Shown here: positions 58,241 through 64,000 of the stretch, piece by piece
How positions within the stretch are numbered: the first letter of the stretch is position 1
Layout: the number at the start of each line of letters is the position of its first letter
IMG/VR virus record: IMGVR_UViG_3300012956_000012
Span: 41,975 to 105,974 of that record
Direction: 5' to 3' (one strand)
DNA from: a virus
Taxonomy: Duplodnaviria; Caudoviricetes
DNA length: 64,000 bases
Position numbers and translations under genes: made by a program
The notes under the pieces: generated by a model
Told to the model about the DNA's origin: nothing
Databases searched by the model: none
What the model saw: the letters and a program-made list of their open reading frames with translations, nothing else

Positions 58241-59444
58241 AGAAAAAAAGTACGATGAGGGGCTGATACGCTCTTTAGGTAAAGAGATCAGTGGAAGTAC
58301 AGAAGTTGCCAAAGCTTATGCAAAAGCAAAAAATGTCGAGTACACAGAGACAATTCGAAAGAACGTTTCTAGAATACTTTGTTCTGACAAAGACACTGAT
58401 ACAAATCAGTACACTACAAAAGGTGTTAGTAGATTATCTGCGTTAAAAGAGGATGGAACCATTATGGACATCCGGGAGTACTGCGACACTTACAAACTTC
58501 CTTTTGATCAGGTTAAGTCTTACAAATTGGTAACTCACTCTGGTAACGGGGCCTACTACAACATTGCAAGCACCTATGTATCTATTGAAAGTGAATCTGA
58601 TTTTCATAAAGATATTTTGGATAGTATTTCTAGAATGTCAAATAGGCCAAAGACAATCAAACGCAAAGAGAAGTCTGCAGAGAGTTATCTTTTAGTTGTT
58701 GATCCAGCAGATGTGCACATTGGAAAATTAGCTGACAGTTTTGAAGTTGGAGAAGACTACAATAGCCAAATTGCTGTTAAACGTGTACGTGAGGGTGTTG
58801 AAGGTATCTTGCAAAAAGCTTCCGGATTTAAAATTGATCAAATCCTTTTTATTGGTGGAAACGATATTCTACATGTAGATACCCCAAAGAACACAACTAC
58901 AGCCGGAACATTTCAAAATACAGATGGTATGTGGTACCGAAATTTCCTCATGGCCAAGAGTATTTACATTGACGTATTAGATCGATTGTTAGAAGTAGCT
59001 GATGTACACTTTGTGTTTAATCCATCAAACCACGATTATATGACTGGTTTTTTCTTAGCAGACATCATCCAAACTTACTACAAAAACTGTAAGAACATTA
59101 CGTTTGACTGCAGTATCGCTCACAGAAAGTATTACACTTATCATAAAAATCTGATTGGTACTTCTCACGGAGATGGCGGAAAAGCCGCCAACTTGCCACT
59201 TACAATGGCTCATGAAGCAAAAGAAGATTGGGCCAAAACTGATCACAAATACTTTTACATTCACCACATTCACCATAAGACAAGTAAAGATTATATGGGC
59301 GTTTGTGTCGAAACTTTAAGAAGTCCATCTGGATCAGACTCTTGGCATTCAAAAGAGCAGCACCATTACGCTCCAAAGGCAATTGAAGGATTTATCCACT
59401 CAAAAAACTTTGGTCAGGTCAGTAGAATAACACACATATTTTAG
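58233..59444 (+). CDS. Calcineurin-like metallophosphoesterase
   Basis: DVHIGK, GGNDILH, SNHD, SHGD and HHIHH motifs. Confidence 0.8.
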   Translation: MSKEKKYDEGLIRSLGKEISGSTEVAKAYAKAKNVEYTETIRKNVSRILCSDKDTDTNQYTTKGVSRLSALKEDGTIMDIREYCDTYKLPFDQVKSYKLVTHSGNGAYYNIASTYVSIESESDFHKDILDSISRMSNRPKTIKRKEKSAESYLLVVDPADVHIGKLADSFEVGEDYNSQIAVKRVREGVEGILQKASGFKIDQILFIGGNDILHVDTPKNTTTAGTFQNTDGMWYRNFLMAKSIYIDVLDRLLEVADVHFVFNPSNHDYMTGFFLADIIQTYYKNCKNITFDCSIAHRKYYTYHKNLIGTSHGDGGKAANLPLTMAHEAKEDWAKTDHKYFYIHHIHHKTSKDYMGVCVETLRSPSGSDSWHSKEQHHYAPKAIEGFIHSKNFGQVSRITHIF

Positions 59445-59445
59445 A

Positions 59446-59646
59446 ATGATAGCGGGAATTATTGCATTCACAGCTTTCTGTACTCTCCTGGGGATTTACT
59501 TTCGTAGGAGATGCAGACACAGCTGGACAGAGATTGGAAAAAGAGAGATTGGAGATATTTGGGATCCACATCATTATGAAATTGTAACAAAATTTGAATG
59601 CCGAGTATGTGGCAAACATAAATACGAAAGAGAATGGAGAAAATAA
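59446..59646 (+). CDS. Small membrane-anchored Zn-ribbon protein
   Basis: N-terminal TM helix followed by CRHSW...CRVCGK. Confidence 0.55.
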   Translation: MIAGIIAFTAFCTLLGIYFRRRCRHSWTEIGKREIGDIWDPHHYEIVTKFECRVCGKHKYEREWRK

Positions 59647-59918
59647 CTGCAGTAAAAAACGATGTAATTGTCGTTGAATACAAGATGGAAGAAAAGACTA
59701 AGACTGGTATTGTATTGATAGAGTCTGAGTTTAGTGAATCACCAACGCTAAGAAAATGTAAAGTAGTCGCGGCAGGTGATACTTGTGACTACGTAAAAGA
59801 AGGCAATATAGTAGTGGTCAATCCAATGTTCGCCAGAAAATTTTCTTACATGGGAGAGGATTACTATAAGATTAAAGAATCAGAAATTGAAGGGATTTTG
59901 TATGTCGAGGATAATTAA
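59634..59918 (+). CDS. groES: GroES/Cpn10-like co-chaperonin
   Basis: EKTKTGIVL mobile loop, KVVAAG, VKEGNIVV and IKESEIEGI. Confidence 0.8.
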   Translation: MEKITAVKNDVIVVEYKMEEKTKTGIVLIESEFSESPTLRKCKVVAAGDTCDYVKEGNIVVVNPMFARKFSYMGEDYYKIKESEIEGILYVEDN

Positions 59919-60084
59919 AGAACTTCAGTATACTGATTCACCAATAGATGATATCAAGGAAGTAATGGAAGAATGTAACATCAAATTAAAATCCATTATT
60001 AACATTGAAACGTTACCAGTAATGTCTCCGGACTACAAGGTGATAGTGAGAATATGGCACAAACAAACTTTTATTGAATACTAA
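59902..60084 (+). CDS. Hypothetical protein
   Basis: Coupled small ORF; start taken at ATG 59902. Confidence 0.45.
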   Translation: MSRIIKELQYTDSPIDDIKEVMEECNIKLKSIINIETLPVMSPDYKVIVRIWHKQTFIEY

Positions 60085-60362
60085 TGAAACTACTTTGTAT
60101 AGACGATAGCAAAGGTAAAGGCTCCGAATACTTTGATCAGTGGGTTGAAGTTGGAGAGACTTATACCTTACGACGAGCAGAAGGATCCTTTTCAGCTGGA
60201 ACCCAAAGATACCTTTTAAAAGAGATTAAGAATCCACCGATTTATATGACTGAATTAGGTATGAAAATTGAACCCGGATTTATTGCTACTCGCTTCGTGA
60301 TTGTTGAAGACGATAAAGAAATGGCTGTAGCTGAGAGTGACAAACAAGAAGCAGGTGTATGA
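60084..60362 (+). CDS. Hypothetical protein
   Basis: TAATG coupling; LLCIDD...GETYT...RF pattern. Confidence 0.6.
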   Translation: MKLLCIDDSKGKGSEYFDQWVEVGETYTLRRAEGSFSAGTQRYLLKEIKNPPIYMTELGMKIEPGFIATRFVIVEDDKEMAVAESDKQEAGV

Positions 60363-60592
60363 GTTGGAATTACAGAGTACTAGCGTTTAAGGATCCAATG
60401 CACGAAGTTGTATTTCAAATACATGAAGTGTATTACAAAGAAGATGGGTCTTTAAGAGCCTATGGAACCGATCCCGCAATAATGTTGTCAGAAGATTTAA
60501 AAGGTCTTCGTTGGGCAGCTAATCAAGTAAAAAAGGCATTATCAAAGCCTGTAATTTGGGGAGGTGAGAGATTCCCAGAAACTTATGAATAA
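60359..60592 (+). CDS. Conserved small phage protein
   Basis: WNYRV...IHEVYY pattern. Confidence 0.6.
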   Translation: MSWNYRVLAFKDPMHEVVFQIHEVYYKEDGSLRAYGTDPAIMLSEDLKGLRWAANQVKKALSKPVIWGGERFPETYE

Positions 60593-61059
60593 TGGGTACA
60601 AATTATTACGCTGTTAAAAAATCATCCGATCGTAAAAAAGATTTGGAAGATATGATAAGCAAGCTTCAAGAGTTAGATGTAAGCCCTCAATTAGATAGGG
60701 ACGTGGAAGACATAATGAATGAGTTCAATGAAAGTAGTCAACAGGTTCATTTAGGGAAAAGTTCTTATGGTTGGAAGTTCTGTTGGAATTTTAATGACAA
60801 CAAGTGGTATTCTTCTAAGAAAGAACTTATTGATTTTGTAATGTCAGCTGGAGCAATCGTAGATGAATATGGTGCAGAGCATAACGCAAAAGAGTTTTTA
60901 GACTGGGCACTAATTAAAGAAGGTTGGTCTTATAATGAAGAATATGTCAAGCATCATTACGATGATAAAAGTAAACCTAGACCTTTTACAGCTCATACAG
61001 ACTATTATGATTTAGAAATAGATGGTCTAAGAGTATCAACTTCTACAAATTTCAGCTAA
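60592..61059 (+). CDS. Conserved phage protein
   Basis: MGTNYY...HLGKSSYGWKF...IVDEYG pattern. Confidence 0.6.
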   Translation: MGTNYYAVKKSSDRKKDLEDMISKLQELDVSPQLDRDVEDIMNEFNESSQQVHLGKSSYGWKFCWNFNDNKWYSSKKELIDFVMSAGAIVDEYGAEHNAKEFLDWALIKEGWSYNEEYVKHHYDDKSKPRPFTAHTDYYDLEIDGLRVSTSTNFS

Positions 61060-61061
61060 AC

Positions 61062-61092
61062 AAAAAAGCCTCTCATAACGGGAGGCTTTCTC
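61062..61092. terminator. Bidirectional terminator between convergent gene blocks
   Basis: AAAGCCTCTC-ATAAC-GGGAGGCTTT flanked by A- and T-runs. Confidence 0.75.
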
Positions 61093-61093
61093 T

Positions 61094-61957
61094 TTAATAA
61101 TTAAAATACATTTCTATGAAATTGTATAGGTCTTTATTCCACCTGGCATCGTCTAAAGCATTGTGCTCGTTTTTCTGCTTAGGATATTCCGGATGATCTT
61201 TTACATCTTTCAACCAGCTTTCAAATTTAGCTCGGTGATTACTAAACTTACTATCCAGAATCTGTTTTAAATCCTTTGTGTACATTGGAATTGGTTCTGG
61301 TAAGTCAATCATCTTTCCGTATAACCATGATAAGCCTATATGATTATAAGCACTATAGTAACCATATAAATCCACGGAAATGTTTTCATCCGGTTTACAA
61401 ATGATTCTGTAATACTCATCTAAATCACCAAGCCAAGAGTGATAAAAAGCTCCGTTTGGATCTAATAAAAATGCCGTCAATGAGGATCTAATTTCAACTC
61501 TAGACTTGCCAAATAGTTTTAGTAATTTCTTAAAATTTCGATATGTGAAGTCAAGTTCTTCAGCTCGCTCTATGAAATCATCAAAGATAGGTTTCAACAC
61601 GTTGTCACGAATCCAGTAGTCTTTATACTCATCCCCAATATTGTATTCTTTGTGAAATCCGACCCCATACCTTTTTTTCAAAAAATTAAGCTCTTCTTTA
61701 ACTTCACCAGTAAATTGAACGCAATTCACTGTGTAGCTAAGTCCATTATCATCAGAAGCAAAGGAAGTATATTTTCTTGTTTTCACATCAAATCTATTCC
61801 AAGCCTCTTTTAAGTTAAACTCTTTCGAGACTTCGTAAAATTCTCGGCCATCTTCTGCCACAACTCCAATAGAAATTAAATCGATTGTTGGTGGTGTAAA
61901 GCCCCTAAACTTTTTCTGAACTCCCTCAAGGAATTCTAAATCGTAAAAATAATTCAT
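61094..61957 (-). CDS. 3'-5' exonuclease (DEDDh, Rv2179c/DUF5051-like)
   Basis: YFYDLEF, LISIGVVAEDGREFY and HNALDDARW motifs. Confidence 0.8.
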   Translation of the reverse strand: MNYFYDLEFLEGVQKKFRGFTPPTIDLISIGVVAEDGREFYEVSKEFNLKEAWNRFDVKTRKYTSFASDDNGLSYTVNCVQFTGEVKEELNFLKKRYGVGFHKEYNIGDEYKDYWIRDNVLKPIFDDFIERAEELDFTYRNFKKLLKLFGKSRVEIRSSLTAFLLDPNGAFYHSWLGDLDEYYRIICKPDENISVDLYGYYSAYNHIGLSWLYGKMIDLPEPIPMYTKDLKQILDSKFSNHRAKFESWLKDVKDHPEYPKQKNEHNALDDARWNKDLYNFIEMYFNY

Positions 61958-62205
61958 TCTTCTGTTCCTCCATTAAATTTTAAATCTTCTTCAAGTCCCC
62001 AAGGAGATACTGTAAATTCCAAGTTATTAATTACGTAGACCTTTTCCAAATTCTTTGCATCTACTCTTACGTTACATAAAATTTCTAGGACATTCAAAGT
62101 TTCCTTAGTAATTTCGATCCGATAATCATAACCATAACTCGTCCCGCCAGCACTAGATAAGTCGATAATTTCCCGCTTACCAAAGTTGAGTGTAAATTTT
62201 TCCAT
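61954..62205 (-). CDS. Hypothetical protein
   Basis: Start taken at ATG 62205, downstream of TATTTTTG (62209-62216). Confidence 0.5.
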   Translation of the reverse strand: MEKFTLNFGKREIIDLSSAGGTSYGYDYRIEITKETLNVLEILCNVRVDAKNLEKVYVINNLEFTVSPWGLEEDLKFNGGTEE

Positions 62206-62258
62206 ATACAAAAATAGGGAGAATAAAAATACCCTCCCTATTATTTAAAGTTTTTTAA

Positions 62259-62492
62259 CTATTTGAACCCAAGTTTTTCAAAAATAACCTCTGTTTCAAT
62301 TGCACTATTAAAGTGAGCTTGCAAATCCTTCTCTGCTGCAATTAGCATAGACTCTAATTTAAAAACTGGGCCACTGTAGCTTTTATCATAGTTAGGACCC
62401 CAAACGTCAACCCTAAAGAATCCCGAAGAGCCGTTTGAACACACAATATTGTATTCATTACTACCTATAGTAACTACTTTCCTTTTCTCCAT
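62259..62492 (-). CDS. Hypothetical protein
   Basis: Coupled ORF followed by a hairpin at about 62213-62242. Confidence 0.55.
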   Translation of the reverse strand: MEKRKVVTIGSNEYNIVCSNGSSGFFRVDVWGPNYDKSYSGPVFKLESMLIAAEKDLQAHFNSAIETEVIFEKLGFK

Positions 62493-62835
62493 TCTATCTC
62501 TTTCTTAATTAATTCCAAGTGCCAAGGCGAACCACCATATTCTAAAACTGCTTCTAGATGATCATCAGTCATATCACATATTGGAATATAAACTAACGGC
62601 TGATCACCATTCGGACCACGGCTTCCCCGGACAGCATGTTTACGAACAATCTCAAAATCATCGTCCGTATATATTGGTTCTATAACAGTATCCCCTAACC
62701 ATCTGATGTACTCAGTACCTCCATCAAGCGAAGAGGAGCCACAAGAACACGTTACGAAGTCATGTCTATGGTAAGATACCAATTGTTCCTTACAACGTCC
62801 GCAGAAGCCTTTATTTAAAGCTATTTGTTTTTCAT
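62474..62835 (-). CDS. Zn-binding small protein with an out-of-frame start (possible frameshift)
   Basis: FCGRC...SYHRHDFVTCSCG...DGG. The first CxxC lies upstream of the called TTG, and ATG 62835 is one base out of frame. Confidence 0.55.
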
Positions 62836-62838
62836 ATA

Positions 62839-63390
62839 CTATTTATTATGTCTGCAAATATATTCTACTTGAATACTACTAAGATTAAACCATTCTCCTC
62901 TAACTCGGAAAGAACTGTATTGATTATGTAAATCTTTTTCCGTAATTTCTTCAAAAACCTTCACCATTTTTATAGAAGGCTTTTCACTCTGCAGTGTCTT
63001 TTCTCTACGTAGTGGATTAGATGACTTACCTATTTTATACAAACCTGTATTACTGTCTTTAATCAAGTACACCACTTGAGTGGCCTTTGTCTCAACTTTC
63101 TTAGGAATTTTTATTTTCTTAATTCGGGGCTTACATTTTAAAAGCGAAACAATTTTGGGAATATCTTGAGAGTCCATAATCCATATATTCTCTCGTATAA
63201 GATCCACACACTTTGCATATTCCGCCTTAAAAACATCTTCACCCTTATTCAATGTTATGGAAACATTTAACACCACCTCCCCATAGCTAAAGAATCTCCC
63301 TCTAGCAACTCTCTTACCTATGAAGCATTCAACATTTGTAATAAAACGCTCCCCGCCCTTACAAATATCCTTAACTGTTTGATAGTCCAT
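62839..63390 (-). CDS. T5orf172/MUG113-like GIY-YIG domain protein
   Basis: VYLIKD...YKIGKS.NP..R...LQ...EKDLH...RVRGEWF. Confidence 0.8.
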   Translation of the reverse strand: MDYQTVKDICKGGERFITNVECFIGKRVARGRFFSYGEVVLNVSITLNKGEDVFKAEYAKCVDLIRENIWIMDSQDIPKIVSLLKCKPRIKKIKIPKKVETKATQVVYLIKDSNTGLYKIGKSSNPLRREKTLQSEKPSIKMVKVFEEITEKDLHNQYSSFRVRGEWFNLSSIQVEYICRHNK

Positions 63391-63411
63391 GTTATTTGTT
63401 TTTCTCTCATT

Positions 63412-63837
63412 TTATAATGTCATTAATTCAATTATCATTTCCTTCCTGTACTCTTTAATGTCACGTTGTAATCCAAGATAAGAAGATGGATTATCACCAA
63501 CAGGTTTAGTCTTGTAATTATTAGTTACCTCAATATTATCTACAGAAATAATTTTTCTAGGGTCTATAACATGAGCAAATTGCTTGTCCTTCATATTAAG
63601 GAACGCCTTTGCATACAATCTTAGGAAACCCTCTGAAAGTTTTCCTAAATCACTTCTACTTTGATGCACAGTAAGTTTCATTGTTTTTGGGACTAGATTG
63701 TTGAAGTACTTTGGCATTACAAGCTCCAAACCATCTCCTAATTCCTCACCTTTAATCACCAAAAATTTAGATCGAACTCTGCCTAAATTAGAGGCTTCCA
63801 CTGTATCACTTAAATCTTTCCAATATTCTTCCATCAT
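63412..63837 (-). CDS. NUMOD4-motif protein (degenerate HNH-type endonuclease?)
   Basis: EYWKDL...EASNLGRVRS; no intact HNH motif is visible. Confidence 0.6.
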   Translation of the reverse strand: MMEEYWKDLSDTVEASNLGRVRSKFLVIKGEELGDGLELVMPKYFNNLVPKTMKLTVHQSRSDLGKLSEGFLRLYAKAFLNMKDKQFAHVIDPRKIISVDNIEVTNNYKTKPVGDNPSSYLGLQRDIKEYRKEMIIELMTL

Positions 63838-64000
63838 TTACTGTATTTATCGTATTCTTCTTTTGACCATACATCCCATTCTGCAGAACACATGTCATAT
63901 TCTGGATTAGCTTTACAATAATCACAACTTTGATCATGAACATAATCCCAAGCAAGGCCTTCTGTTGGGAACCATTTTTCATGATCCCCAGACAAAAGTA
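63834..64000 (-). CDS. C-terminal part of a hypothetical protein
   Basis: Open frame ...HEKWFPTEGLAWDYVHDQSCDYCKANPEYDMCSAEW...SK*, ATGA-coupled to the next gene. Confidence 0.5.
   Translation of the reverse strand, partial: LLSGDHEKWFPTEGLAWDYVHDQSCDYCKANPEYDMCSAEWDVWSKEEYDKYSK

Noticed and set aside
22543-62211. ORF-track TTG/GTG starts at 22543, 37558, 43365, 48080 and 62211
   Set aside because: Each overlaps the end of a promoter-like TTTG motif; the next in-frame ATG is more plausible.
1-64000. Stop-codon reassignment as seen in some crAss-like phages
   Set aside because: Genes are long and uninterrupted in the standard code, and TAG, TGA and TAA all end genes at coupled junctions. 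No clean suppressor tRNA is present.
1-64000. CRISPR array, diversity-generating retroelement or integrase
   Set aside because: No regularly spaced repeats, reverse transcriptase motifs or recombinase motifs were seen.

Overview
This window is part of an AT-rich, crAss-like (Crassvirales-related) podovirus genome. The host is most likely Bacteroidota, because TAnnTTTG promoter motifs recur throughout. Positions 1-48.1 kb (minus strand) hold the virion module. Read right to left it contains: terminase large subunit, portal, scaffold-like protein, major capsid protein, ring and auxiliary proteins, lysis genes, a Cys-rich tail/fibre cluster, IHF-like and ring proteins, the muzzle/tail-stabilisation protein, a glucosaminidase and very large cargo/ejection proteins. 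Positions 48.1-61.1 kb (plus strand) carry RecA, a GIY-YIG nuclease, a DUF5664 gene plus endonuclease cassette, PhoH with a Pro-starting intein, SSB, an RNA gene cluster, a metallophosphoesterase and GroES. Positions 61.1-64 kb (minus strand) carry small genes, including a DEDDh-like exonuclease, T5orf172 and NUMOD4 proteins. The most unusual element is an apparent single operon at about 55.05-57.8 kb. It contains ssb, three ordinary tRNAs, four tRNA-scaffold RNAs whose anticodon arm is expanded or replaced by a structured insert (one displays an internal Cys anticodon hairpin), a ~375-nt multi-hairpin RNA, a ~95-nt structured RNA and an Acb2/Tad1-like ORF. A second highlight is an apparent gene-replacement event. 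An older DUF5664 gene survives only as 5' and 3' remnants flanking an incoming cassette that encodes a different DUF5664 and an endonuclease. All protein family calls are motif recognition by eye and all RNA folds are hand-derived; no searches were run.
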